A stretch of DNA of 64,000 nt, taken from contig CAJINV010000008.1 of the NCBI GenBank assembly GCA_905178155.1, positions 620,001-684,000 of the forward strand, in the 5' to 3' direction. This document shows, one piece after another, positions 39,557 through 51,583 of this stretch (position 1 is the stretch's first letter; each line of letters opens with the position of its first letter). The DNA is from Amoebophrya sp. A120. Taxonomy: Eukaryota; Protista; Dinoflagellata. The notes under the pieces are model-generated. The model saw nothing but the letters and a program-made list of their open reading frames with translations, did not search any database and had not been told where the DNA came from. A program made the position numbers and the translations under genes.

Positions 39557-40413
39557 GCTGGGAACCCAGACTTATGTGTAGTTACAGGAGATACCCAAAC
39601 TTGTTCACAGCCAAAGCCAAACCAAAAACTACTGTGTTGTTAATGTCTTTTGTTTCACAGGGTCACTTTGAAAAATCGCAAATCGTGAACAGAACGCGAG
39701 TTCTGCAAACAGACTACTTTCAAGTGTTTCGAAAAAAAAGAACGGGGTCAGAAAAAATCGTGGAAGTACTACTTCACACTACTGGTGTATCCTTGAACTC
39801 GTCTTGAAAATTTTCACATCATGGAAATGCCAATGCGTGTATCAATGCGAGTAGTAGGCTAGGCGAAATAGAGAAGTTGGAGGTTAAGTCTCCCTGCTTT
39901 TGAATTGGAAGTTGTTCAAGACTTAAGTATCTACAGGATTGAGCTTTCTCAACATCATTCATCGCCATTTACTCTTTATTCCCTCCAGCACAAAAAAGTT
40001 GTTACCGATGCTAGAAGAGCAGGCCTCTCGTTCACTCATTTACAACACACTCGTATAAGATCTACCTTTTAGCTTTCACTCTGCATTCTTTTTGTCAGTG
40101 CTGCTGCTCTTTAATTGCAGCAAATGCAAGCTCGTCACGGCCACATCCGCAAAAACAAACCTGTCTTTCACTCACACGCTTGTTTTTCGTGTGCCGGAGA
40201 ATTTTTCTATAAGCTTTTACAAAGTAGTGCAGGTGGTTCGTATGTACAAAGGAGAGGACAGCACGCAATTATTATTTCACCACACGCAGCCACTAGTGCT
40301 ACGTACCAGTACGGCCGCGCAACTGCTCTGCAGGAACAAAATGAAGATCCATCGCAAACGCAAAGAGACGAAATATCAAATAATTAGAACGCGGCGTCAC
40401 AAGAGCGACTCTT

Positions 40414-41733
40414 CTATTCGTCGCCGTCTTCTCCGTCGTCGTCCTTTGCGATTTTATTGGGGTTTAGGTACGTCCAAACTGCTCCCTCTTCTGTGAGGTC
40501 TGGCAAGCCCCGGGCCTCTCGCCACTCGTGATCGTACGCGTTATTCATCCACAGGAAGTACCGATGATGCGGCAGGTAATCGCCTCAATTTTTGTGATAA
40601 TTTTTGGAATTTTTTCCCCAGGCAGCCGTGGCACAGATCCGTTCTGGAACAACAAGATGCAACAACCTACAGCTCACAGGAAGAAAAACAGCTGCACACA
40701 ACCGACTGCCTTAACGTGTAGTAAGTAGAAGTACCCAAGACAATATGCCATCCGCGTTCTGACACCCTGCGGTCGAGGTATCTCGTCACCGGATTGCTGT
40801 TCTCGCAACGTTCGCGTTCCTTTGCTGCCATCACCCAATCCACGGTGAAGCTGTATGGTTGTTTCGTGCACATGCGACATTAGCTGTTTCGTCTTCTCGA
40901 ACCGACACGAATGGAAAGAGAAAAACTAAAATGAACCGAATTGTAAGTATGATGTTGCGCCTTTTCTTCTCACATGTCATGCCGCACGGAAGACGATACT
41001 TCTTGTTCTTTCTCTTACCGCTTGGGTTTGATTCCGATGGACCCGGCGTGCAGAAACATGGAGATGCAGATCATGAACCAGAGGAAGATTCCCGGTAGAC
41101 CCACCCATAACGGCAAACTCTGCAGCCAGGCTTGGTAGGCCTCGTAGTCTACGGCCAAATCACCCCAGTAGACGCTGTGGAACAGGCCCTCCTTCTTCAT
41201 GCCCCAGTGCTCCCAGTGGTAGCCGTGGTTGTACACAGCTTGATGAAGTGGGTACCTGATCAAAATTTCGGCTTCGGTTTTCGCCTCCCACGGAAAAAAC
41301 GCAACAGGGGGCGATATGGCACGTCGAACATGAACAACATGCAAACTACCCGTGCCGCGGAAAACATTGTGCGATCCAACATACTGTCACGAGCACACAA
41401 TCACCTTCTTGGCGAGCCATCCTTTTCAAACTCGGGTGGAGGCAGCGGGGGCACCGAGAAGACCGGTCCGACGTTGCTCAGCCGAGCGCTCGAGGCTGTG
41501 AAGAGTGACCGAGTGGCTGTTCGTGTGCAAAAGGAAGATGGCACTAGGTTTTGAGAGGCTCGGCTTCCGCGTTGTAGTGTCCCCGGAAGGATGTTAACAT
41601 TTCCTGGTTGTTGCAGAAACACCAGTGCCGCTTTTGGATTTTTGGCTAGTCCACTACTTGCTCCCGTCAGGCTGCTAGCAGCGGAACACCCGGTCGCCGC
41701 AGCTCCGCGCTGCCTAAGCAACGACTGGAGCAT
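40414..41733 (-). CDS. Cytochrome c oxidase subunit 4-like protein, myzozoan type (4 exons)
   Basis: Mitochondrial-type presequence and single TM; then FTVDWVMAAKERERCENSNPVTRYLDRR, resembling the COX4 'EW...NP' C-terminal motif; last exon GDYLPHHRYFLW...DE* read by hand. Confidence 0.6.
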
Positions 41734-42706
41734 CGCGTGGTCGACTATCCACTGTGGCTCGCGTGGTCGATCCCTCGGTTTCGGAACGTGTCAAACAAGA
41801 ACCCGAGCTTCCTCATTAATCAACTGCAAACAACTACATTCCAGAATTCGAGACCACCAGCCATTTAAAATAGAACGAAGAGCGCGTGGAAGGGAAAGTA
41901 AAAGTGCTGACCACCTGGCTTTTCTTCAAGAACAGGCACTCGGGGATGATGTTCTCTCTCTCTTGTTCAAAAAAGATTTTTTGTCGCGGGGTGCAACGCA
42001 GACGACCGTAGAAATAGGGCCCTCAACTCCGAAGCCCTCAAGAAATTTCGTTTGTAGTACAACATGTACTTAACTAGTACGACACATGATGACGCTACCT
42101 CGCAGTGGAGAACAACAAAATTCGAACTGGTGGTGCCGACCGGCGGACTTTGGCTCAACTTTTTGGACCGGCAAACAGTCGTCACGGTGTTGCTCTTTTT
42201 GATTTGTTGATTCTGAGTTTTATGCTTGGCAACCTGTTGCAAAATTGTGTATAATTCGAAACTGTCTCCTATGGGAAAAACAGAATCACGCACAGCATCG
42301 AGCGTGACAAACAGGATTTCCATGTGTAAAAGTGATACTAGCAAATTCATGCGGAAAATTGATCGGCGAGTAAACAGTACCGTGCGCGAGCTCGCGCGGA
42401 ACTCTCACGGATATTCTGCGTCAGGGGATTTTTCTTTCGATCAGTATGCGACTTCACACACAAGCTTGTCTTCATCAAGGTACACGAGTCCCGCGAAAAA
42501 AATCATGCCAAATTCCGTTGCGGTGTCGAATCAAGATGATGCTTGCTTGACGACTAGCAATTCACTTTTGCTTCACACTTGCACCACACATTCCCACCCT
42601 TTGTCGTACTACGGGACCAGGAAAATCAGGGCATAAACAACTGCTGCTATTCACATTCAGCCCGCGCGGCCGGCACGAAACTATCGAGTAGTTCCGAGAT
42701 AAGGCG

Positions 42707-45700
42707 CTACAGCTTTGCCTGAACCGCGACACTTTGCTGATCTTGTTCTTTGCGCAGTTTTCGGTACTTTGCCAGCGTGTTGCACACGTAACCGCTCGAC
42801 ACGTCCGGCCCATTTTTCAGCACCTCCAGCGCGCACTGGTAGGAGGTTTCCCCTTTTTCCATCTTCTGGTAGAGCTTTTCGTTCTTGTTGTTCGCGTCCA
42901 CTTTCTTTGCAATTGTGTCCATCGCCTGCTCCACTTGCGTCCAGTCGAGTATTTGATGGTGTAGCCAGTTGCTAATGGCCTGCGACGAAATGCGCAAGGT
43001 CGCCAGATCCTCCATCAGTGGCGTTCCGTTGATATCCTGCACCTTCGAGGCACCCAACCCGAGCTGCACCCACCGGGAGATGTAGCCCAATAGCCCCATC
43101 AGATTATTGTGAAGCTCCGCGTCAATTTCCTCCCTGGACAACTCAATCCTGCCGTCCGGCAAGGCAGGCTGAGTGAGGAGCTCCGCCAGCAGAAAATCTG
43201 GGGCGACAGGGGACTGCTCGAACTCTTTTTGAATCGCACCCACGTCGACCTTTTGGAGTTTAGAAGTCCTCAAGGAACATCACGACACTGAAAAGGCTTT
43301 TGCCCCTACCGCTTCGTATTGTACCATATTTCACGCTGCTGCTGTTGAGTCTTCAAGAGGGATTTTCTACTTAGTGCGAGCGCGATCTTAAAAATGAAAA
43401 TGAATATATGCTAAAAAAATAGTACCATGTGATAATGCAGCACATGCAGAGTTGCACCGATCGGCTTTGGGACCCAGGCGGTGCTAGCTCCTGCCTTGCA
43501 GTGGCCAATTTTTTGCTCCAGCATTGCCTTCATATTATCTGGCTCTGCCCACATCCCCTTTCCGATCTGCCCGTACTTGTGCAGTCCGCAGGACACACCA
43601 ATCCGCACGTTTCGCTGCTCATACGCATTCAGAAAAGTCGACTTTTTGATGTCCGCTTTCCGCAAACACTTCTTGCTCTTGAACATTGTGTGGATCTCGT
43701 CACCCACACGATCCAAGAAACCTTTTTTAGAGAGTATGTTTTACCGGCATCACGACCAATATTTGCAGGGAGCAAGGTCAGAGTCAGACGAATAATTTTG
43801 ATCTCCGTAAAATAAGATTAGTTTTTTGATCCTTGGAGAAACGTAGACATGATGAAGAAATTTCAAAATCGATTTGTCTGCTCCATGGTTTGACCCGGCA
43901 GTTTGGCCGCAGTGCGACCCTGCAACGAGAAGCGCAAAACGCTAAGCTCAGCGCACCTACCGCGACAAGGAATATGGAGCAGAACCAAGTGGGAGGCAGA
44001 TGAAAATCATCAGTCATCGACCATTTGGTTCTCATTTTGGATGCTACCGAAACTGAGACGCCATGGAAGCAAAAAAATTCACTTCGGAGCTCAGAAGTTC
44101 GATATCGCTGGACTAGAGGAAAAATACTGACCAGCATGGCATCCGAAAATCAATTTTTCGGAAAACATTTTTTGCGCCATCTTTGGTTTGTTTCAATTTC
44201 GATTCAGACATCTAAGGAAGTTTGTCCAGCATATGCAACCGCAAAATTTTTCTTGCAGCCACTTAGTCGGACACTTACTGCGAATGTTTGAGAAACGGTG
44301 TTTGCTGTTCTCAAAAAGTGTCATCATGTGCGATATGAACGACGCGACTTTTGTTTTCTGTGTGCTGCAAATGCAATACGTTTTATCAAACGGGTAATGA
44401 AACTTGTCAGTGTGTCAAATGGTTGATGTCACCGCACCGTCCTCGTGGACGCAGATGCTCTACGAAAATGGATGGCGCGACACTTGGTACGATCATCATT
44501 CAAAATTGAAACCCGCTACGAACGAAATGGAAATTTTGCGAGATCCTTTTTCCTGAAGTTGCAGTGACGCAGTTGATGATCAACAAATTTCCAATCGGAT
44601 CTCCTGAAAGGCTTGGCATTTTTCATCATCGCTACTACAGCACCAGCATTTGCAAGTAAACAAAAAAAAACGACATCTATCCTGTCCGGACATTTTCTAA
44701 TTTTCCAGTCAGTACCTGTGTTGATGAAGAAGATCCGGTTCTTGACCGCGCGAATGCACTCCACGAGATTCGCGCTGGTTCTCCTTTCTTCGTCCATAAC
44801 GCCAATTTTTATGGAATGCCGCTTGTACCCCAACAGATCTTCGCAGCGGTTCATGGCCTCGTTGACGAAACTGACCTCCTCGGGGCCGTGCAGCTTCGGC
44901 CGTACGATGTAGACGGAGGGATTCTTCGTCCTGCTGTTCTTCCGCAGCTTGAACACGTCGTGCATCGACAAAGTAGCGATGAGAAACAGATCCAGCAATC
45001 CCTCCGGCACTGGCTGCCCGTTCAAGAGCACTGCGTCGGTGAAGATGTGCAGTCCGACGTTTCGATTCAGCAGAACGCACGTGCCCGGCAGATGGCATTT
45101 CGTGGTGTTGTCCTTTGCGGACGTGAACTCCAGGTCGTCATTCATCTTCCGCAGCTTCCCACTCGCGTTGTGGGACTGATAGGTTATGAATATCAGAATG
45201 TGTACTACACGAAATGACGATTCGCCAAACAGAAGGAAGACAAAATACAGCGTCCACGACTGCGATGCTCGGATTCAACATGCATAGAGTTGTTCTCAAA
45301 CTAGATGTAGTTGAAAGGAGACCACGACTGAACCAAAAGAAAAGAGTCGACTAGAAATAAGGTCAGAAACAAAATTATGCGGTCTACTAAAAAACCATCA
45401 AAAAAAAACTTCACCGTCAGCTCCCGCTTCATGAGTTTGAGCCAATTGCGATACCCCTTCGTTTTGTCCGCCGCGTCGACGCTGGCGGTGGCGTCTTCGT
45501 TGTCCATTATGACCGTTGGGCAAGCTTCCAGCACGACATCGGATAAGTTCCACTTGGACTGCTTGCCAGCGGGCGAGCTACTATCCGTTTTGAGCAGCAG
45601 GTGCAAATTGTTGTGCCGGAAGAAGTATTCGCAGCGATTTTTGTTGGTTCCCGGGGGGTCGAGTAAGTTGTACCCGACAAAGCTCGCGGGGTCCCGCAAA

Positions 45701-46739
45701 GAAAGTTCCACGCCGTTCGCAAGCTGTGCCTTGAAGCGGCAGGATGTCGTCCCGCCCTTAATACCCGAGGAGTCGCCGTGCTTCGCCTCCGAGACGCGCG
45801 AGGAGCTTTTTTCCGTCAATTTCACCTGCGCAACGTCTCGCCAGCTGCCGGCCTCCTCCTGCTCGGACCCGAGAGGCAGAATCAGGTCCAGGTACTCGAA
45901 AGTTTTCGCGAACACCTGCAGCCCACGGTTCGGGTCGTAGCCCTTAATAACCGCGGACGATGCAGCATTTTGGGGCAAAACGTCCGCCTCGTAGAGGGCG
46001 TCAAACAGCGAGCCCCACCGACTGTTCGCGGCGTTCACCGCAAACCGCGCATTGTCCACTGGCACGACCAGCTGGGGCGCGTTCAGCAGAGCCAGCTCCG
46101 CATCCACGTCCTCCACTTGGACCTGAAAATCGATTTTGCTCGACAAATTGCCCTCGAAGACCTCCACCAGGTACCCGATTTCCTTCAAAAATTCCAAATC
46201 GGACGCCGCCGTGGGCCCCTTCTCGTCGATCAACCGCTGGATCTCGTCGCGCTTCTTCAGGAGCGCCTTTTGTCGATCCGTGAACTCATACAGGAACAGG
46301 CCCAGCTGGTCGAAGAAATTCGGGTTCACCGTTAAATTGTTGTTCAGCGGCAGGTATCAAATGTAAAAATGTCTGGGTCTGGAAACTTGTGATGCTGGGT
46401 GGCGTCTCATGATGAGGCCAGAAATGCTGGCTCAGCATCACAAGTTTCTGAGCTTCTAGGTGTTGCCTTTTCTGCATGACAAACTGCGTTTCTGCATCAC
46501 AGAAAGATGGAGCTCTTGGGTAACTTGCATGACAGATTCAAGAGTCACGCCAGACAAGCATGACAAACATGCACTCTTCCAGACCCAGACATTTTTACAT
46601 TTGATAGCAGGTTCGGCAGCGCTTCTTTTGACAAAAAATCGAAGAGTTCATCCGCAATTGAAAGCTTCAACGGAGAGGAGGACGAGGCCGAGGACGAGGA
46701 TGCGCCCGAAGACGGGCCACCGATCACGAACTCCTTCAT
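42707..46739 (-). CDS. glcB: Malate synthase G (GlcB type) with C-terminal PTS1 (AKL)
   Basis: [76 protein letters not shown]|[27 protein letters not shown]; ends QAKL*. Confidence 0.95.
43872..44148 (-). ncRNA. snR30/U17 H/ACA snoRNA (copy 1), intronic
   Basis: m1 ATATTCCT (43975-43968) and m2 AAACCAT (43891-43885) flanked by a CTGCTCC/GGAGCAG stem, with ACA 3 nt from the end; 5' hairpin and ANANNA box; 5' end approximate. Confidence 0.88.
44204..44327 (-). ncRNA. U14 box C/D snoRNA (copy 1), intronic
   Basis: Box C ATGATGA, domain A ACATTCGCAGT, domain B TTCCTTAGATGT followed by box D CTGA. Confidence 0.93.
44407..44499 (-). ncRNA. Box C/D snoRNA 'X' with LSU rRNA antisense element (copy 1)
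   Basis: ATGATGA...GCGCCATCCATTTTC...CTGA; 15-nt complement of conserved LSU GAAAATGGATGGCGC. Confidence 0.85.
46355..46606. mobile_element. Intron-forming TIR element, family A (A3), 252 bp
   Basis: Perfect 30-bp family-A TIRs; TSD GCAGG at 46350-46354 and 46607-46611; splits malate synthase EALPNL|PLNN. Confidence 0.96.
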
Positions 46740-47108
46740 GATGACGATTCCGAATGAAATTGCAAAGAGCTGTGCGACACTGCGGTAAAAAATTGCCGTA
46801 ACTATTAATTAAATCAAAACTACGTTCTGCAAAAATCACGGTTACTTGTGGACCGACTACTTGATGTTAGAGCACTCAGTGAAAGCGGGTCAAGTACATC
46901 TTATACTTATCTGGTTCGAGCGTAAAACCAAACTTCCCAGAGCAAAGGTAGTGAATTCGCGGGACTGTCGACGTGCTGCGTCAATCTACACAATTGACCT
47001 GAGAACCTGGAGGTGCCTGCAAATGTATCGCAGAGAAGAAAGATTTCGCATGTTCAATCGCATCTAGTACCCTATCTAAAACATGAAATTCACTGTGTTA
47101 TTTCCCTC

Positions 47109-47235
47109 TCAGAACCAAAAGAAGTGACCGATTTGTTTGCAGCAACTCATGCGCATGCTTCTACCAAGCGTTCATAATTTTTTCCGGCCGAGAACAGCTG
47201 CCAGAGCGGGGCAGGCGCCAATTACGCCTCATCAC
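47109..47235 (-). ncRNA. Candidate intergenic box C/D snoRNA
   Basis: GTGATGA ... TATGAACGCTTGG (13-nt complement of LSU CCAAGCGTTCATA) + TAGA ... CTGA; single copy. Confidence 0.45.
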
Positions 47236-47306
47236 TTTTATTCATGTGTATCATGAGAAAAATCGGATGCTTTAGGAGATTCGCACACCATAAACAATTA
47301 TTGTCG

Positions 47307-48653
47307 CTAGGGTTCCTTGGCCAAGAGTTCCTGCTTCGTGCCTGGATCTAGAGTCGCGAGCAAGACATCGTCTAACTTCTCGAGCGGGACATTCCTCGTT
47401 TCGAGCAAATCACCTAAGTGGATTACGTAAAACGTGCCCGGAGGGATCGTCACGCACGCCTTGCCGTTCGTCGCTCGGTCGTCGTAGGTGTGCGGAAGGG
47501 CCACGGTTTTCTTCTCGAAACCCCTGTACTCCAGCTTCATGAACGGCGCGGTAGAGTTGCGTCCATTCAGAAACTCCACAAAGTCATACCTGCGCCGCCC
47601 CACTTTTTCTTTCGCGTCCGCAAACAGCCGGGATTCCATGAAGCTCGACACGTCCCGGTATTCCTTTCGTTTGATTCCCGCATAAATGCAGGCGAAAGGT
47701 TCCCACTTCAGGCTCAGTTTCAGTGTGTTCGACTTGTCGTAAAGCTGCTGCACGAGCGCGTCAACGGCCTGTGACTTATTTGCGTGACCATCCAGTGAAG
47801 AAGATGTCGGGGCCTTTTTACGACGAGGCCCTGGCTTCTTCTTCGCAGAATGAGCAGTTGATATTTTTACAGGGGCGGGGGCCACTGCAGTAGCAGCACT
47901 GCTCGACGTCGCAGTACAGATCATTCCAGAACTGGAACTTGCTGGATCTGCCCCCATCGGTTGCCTTTTCCCCTCCGTCGAGACACCTTCACCCTTCCGG
48001 ACAAGAAGTGGAGGCGCGGCAGCTTGCTTTGCTGCGTTCTTCTTGCCCTCCACGTCGACTGCGAACGGCAACCTTCGCAGAGCAATTCTGGGCGGCTTCT
48101 GTAGAACTGGAACAACTTCTGGGTAGGTCTCGCAGTGGTCGGTTTTGGCGTGGTGTCCACCTCCACAACTGCTTCCATCTCTAGCAAGAGGCTGAGGCAG
48201 TGCCTCTGGTGCCTTCGCGGTAGCGACGGCATTTTGCTGGCGTGGCGTCGGTGCTGGTGCGCTCGAGGAGGGAACAGACGAGGATAACAGCGAAGAGGGG
48301 GCGGACGACTCCGACTCCGTCGGTCCTGACACGCGCGAAGATAATTCTGCCTGAGGGGGTGGTGCCGGGCCGAGCGCGGACCCGGCGGAAACGCCTTCAC
48401 TTGCCTGCCCGCGGTGCTGTTCTTTCTTCGGGGCTTTTTCCGGCCTCACGCCACCGTCGGTGGTTCTCCTTCGGTTGCCAGGTTTGTTCGAAAGCAGAAT
48501 GCTGTCCAAGCGCGCTTGCCGAGGACCGAGACTGCCCGTGGCGGTATCCGCGAAGGCATCAGGTGGGTACTGCGAGTCGCGCCACTGCAAAACCTTGCGC
48601 CGCTTCGGGGCAGACGACCCGTCGCCTTCCGGTGTGCTTACTCTAGAGGGCAT
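47307..48653 (-). CDS. Low-complexity protein with C-terminal ASCH domain (intronless)
   Basis: TLKLSLKWEPFACIYAGIKRKEYR (GxKxxExR), YDFVEFLNG, YVIHLG. Confidence 0.72.
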   Translation of the reverse strand: MPSRVSTPEGDGSSAPKRRKVLQWRDSQYPPDAFADTATGSLGPRQARLDSILLSNKPGNRRRTTDGGVRPEKAPKKEQHRGQASEGVSAGSALGPAPPPQAELSSRVSGPTESESSAPSSLLSSSVPSSSAPAPTPRQQNAVATAKAPEALPQPLARDGSSCGGGHHAKTDHCETYPEVVPVLQKPPRIALRRLPFAVDVEGKKNAAKQAAAPPLLVRKGEGVSTEGKRQPMGADPASSSSGMICTATSSSAATAVAPAPVKISTAHSAKKKPGPRRKKAPTSSSLDGHANKSQAVDALVQQLYDKSNTLKLSLKWEPFACIYAGIKRKEYRDVSSFMESRLFADAKEKVGRRRYDFVEFLNGRNSTAPFMKLEYRGFEKKTVALPHTYDDRATNGKACVTIPPGTFYVIHLGDLLETRNVPLEKLDDVLLATLDPGTKQELLAKEP

Positions 48654-49776
48654 GAATTTGCTTCAACTCTGATATCTGTTTCGCCGACTCTCTCATCTTC
48701 CGATTCGTGTCCATAAAAGTTATCTAAGAAAGCATCCTGAAACACAGGGGTATTCCTCTGTCTCATATCTGCACGAACTTTTCTCTTTTTTTCGATGCAG
48801 TAAATTTCTCTCCCCCTCTCTAGTAAGTCGTCTTCCGGCAAAACATCTACGGAACAAGCGAATGCGCGCTACTGGAGTGCGATTTGTAGAACGAAGAGCA
48901 TTTGCAATTCTGATTCGAACAGCGGTGTTGTTTTGCCCTAAGGTTCTAGTGTCTCCATTTCGGGACCTATTGCTATTTCTCTTCGACCTGCATTTGCAAC
49001 ACGGGAACGCGGAGCTGGGGCAAAACTGATCCGGCGAAGAATTCTACGGAACTGAACAACAGCTGGCACCTGGTGCAAAATGCAAAGAACGTTTCTCCTG
49101 CAGCGCTTCTAGACAGTTTCTCCCAATAAGTATCATTTTAACGAAACGCATTCCAGTCTCGATTGGAGAATCATCGTCATCTTCTGGCTAGCGTGGGCGA
49201 TGGCTACTAGGGGTTACTGGTCATTAAAGGACGGAGCTTACGAATACACATGCGCCGGCTCCTGACTACGAATACTCATTCGGAAAGTGACTTTCTAACT
49301 TGTGCAGATCAACCCGCCCGCTACAACCCAGTAGCGCAGCGACTAAAATCAAGTGTCAAAAATTTTTGTGCGCGGAAAAGAAACACATCTGGTGACCCGA
49401 GTTGAAGCTAAGTGCCCGAAAATGCCCACGAAAGATCGCGCCACGTAGTCAAAAACAAGCAACCACAAAGCGCGCAAAACGTTGCGGCGCGCTGCGATGC
49501 CAAATGGCGGACTGGAAAAAAAAGTTGTGCTCAATCACGATAAACAACATGAGCTCAATTTGCAATTCCTCCAACATTGCAAATCTATCGGCTCTTGATT
49601 GGCATCGTATGCAACAAAAAAATGATTTCTTGTTTTGTTAATTTGGCTTGGCAGAACACGATCACACATCAATTACAGTACTCATTGTAACACATGCATC
49701 CAGTGGCGCAGCGATCACACTTGCTAGCGTGTCCCCCCGTCCATACCATGGCTATCCTGATTCCGGAAAAAGGCGC

Positions 49777-50718
49777 TTAGTAATGTCGTTGACCATCGCG
49801 ATTCTGCTCCGGCCTCGGGCCTGGCGCCATTGGTCTTGTTGTTGGCCGGCTTTGCTCGGCCGGGCTCCCCCTCTGGCGTTCCCTCTTTTCTCTTTTGGTC
49901 CAACGGCTTTCTCTTTTGGCGTTCCTTCTCTTCTCTTTCGTCGTCTGTGCGTCGTCAGCATTGAAGTGACCTTCTACAGAGGTATCCAAGCCGATCTTGT
50001 CAACCTCAGCATGGGACGCGGCTTGGAATTTCTCCCTCCAGGACTCCATTCTATTTTCTTCTGGTTCTACTTCGCGGTGTCTTTCCAGCTTTTCGACCGG
50101 CGTCCACATGACCGGGTAACGGTAAAACATGAGGTACATCACCCTTTTTTGCCCCGGCTGGTAGACTTTCACAGGCCCAACCCAATGGCGAGAAATATAA
50201 CAATTGCTCTGGCCCTTTGACCACAGTCCGAGGCTGAGCGCCCGCAACACTGCAGTACGCAGCCAGTAATTTCCAAGAAGGCTTCTCTGCCGATCCCGCC
50301 CACTTCCACCCACCCTTTGCCACTGATCAGCGCTTTTGGTTTCCACCTTCTCGACAGCAAAGTAGTGGAACGTCTTGATACCGTTTTTCTCGAGTGCCCC
50401 TTTGTCCATCCCGTTCTCGAATGCACGTTTGAAAGCCTCTTTGTCGCCGTGGCCAAAGCGCAACCCGCCGTAGTCCCAGCTCGGCACTGCATCTGCACCG
50501 AGGTTCGCTCGTGCCAGCTCCATGGGGTCGCGCCAACTCCACAGCTGCACCGTCGGGGGCTGCATGTCCTGGGCAGCGGTGGACGGTCCGGGCGCGTGGC
50601 GGAGAATCGGGGCGTCAGCCGCGAGTGCGACGCTACCAAAAACCTGCAGAACGAGAGCCACGACAACGCCCGAAGCCCCAGGATTCCCACCCAGGACGAA
50701 ATTGCGCTTCATACGCAT
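49777..50718 (-). CDS. Hypothetical secreted protein
   Basis: Long open frame with signal-peptide-like VVVALVLQVFGSVALA|AD; no family recognised. Confidence 0.55.
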   Translation of the reverse strand: MRMKRNFVLGGNPGASGVVVALVLQVFGSVALAADAPILRHAPGPSTAAQDMQPPTVQLWSWRDPMELARANLGADAVPSWDYGGLRFGHGDKEAFKRAFENGMDKGALEKNGIKTFHYFAVEKVETKSADQWQRVGGSGRDRQRSLLGNYWLRTAVLRALSLGLWSKGQSNCYISRHWVGPVKVYQPGQKRVMYLMFYRYPVMWTPVEKLERHREVEPEENRMESWREKFQAASHAEVDKIGLDTSVEGHFNADDAQTTKEKRRNAKRESRWTKREKRERQRGSPAEQSRPTTRPMAPGPRPEQNRDGQRHY

Positions 50719-51583
50719 AGAGGACGGCGTACCGCAAAATGATATACCTACGACTCCGACACGATCCACACGAAATAATTACTGCCGACGCAATGAACTA
50801 AATGCACTGGCTTCTTTCCAACGAGATGAAGCGCTTCGAATACCGTTGAAGGAAATACGATTTACCCGAAAATAACCGGAAAACGAAGGCGAAATTCAGA
50901 TTCCAAGTTTATTTGATAGTGCAAGCTGTAAGCTCGAAGCTCTTTCGTTTTCTTCGTTTCCTGTCACACGAGTATGTAAGGTTGCGAAACTTCAACGTCA
51001 AAACTTCCAGAAGGCCACGATCACAAAGACAAATCTATCTCTTCGTCCGCCGAAAATACCAACTCCTGGCGTGTCAAAATTTACCGATCAAATTGATCGC
51101 TTTTTCGTATCGTTTCGATCATGTGGCAGCCGTTGAAGAATTCCTGATCTCTGTTATTTTTGGATCGGCAACAATAACGAGTACTACGACCGAGTAGCTC
51201 AATTCTGATCGTTAGTATCGGACGACAAATTTTCGATACTTAACTCCGCAAAGAGCACCAGGATTTGTGAGCGGATATTTCAAGCAGAACCGACGACATT
51301 TCCGTGACAGAGGGTAGATTTGCGATAACTCCATTCGGAAGCCATGCCGCGCAATTGCCGCGAAGAAAATCAATTTAAAGAAAGACACGCACGAAAGTCG
51401 CGCCATTCCAAGCAGATCGCTGGAGTTTTTGGATGCATTCCGATTTTGTTCCTTTACCCGGCATTTGCTGCCACATAGAAGATTTTTAGATACATCCTTA
51501 CTTTTCTCATTTACTATTTTAGGTTTCTCTTTCTTCACCAACGGGAAAGCAGAATTCATCAAGAAAATACGCCAAATACACCT

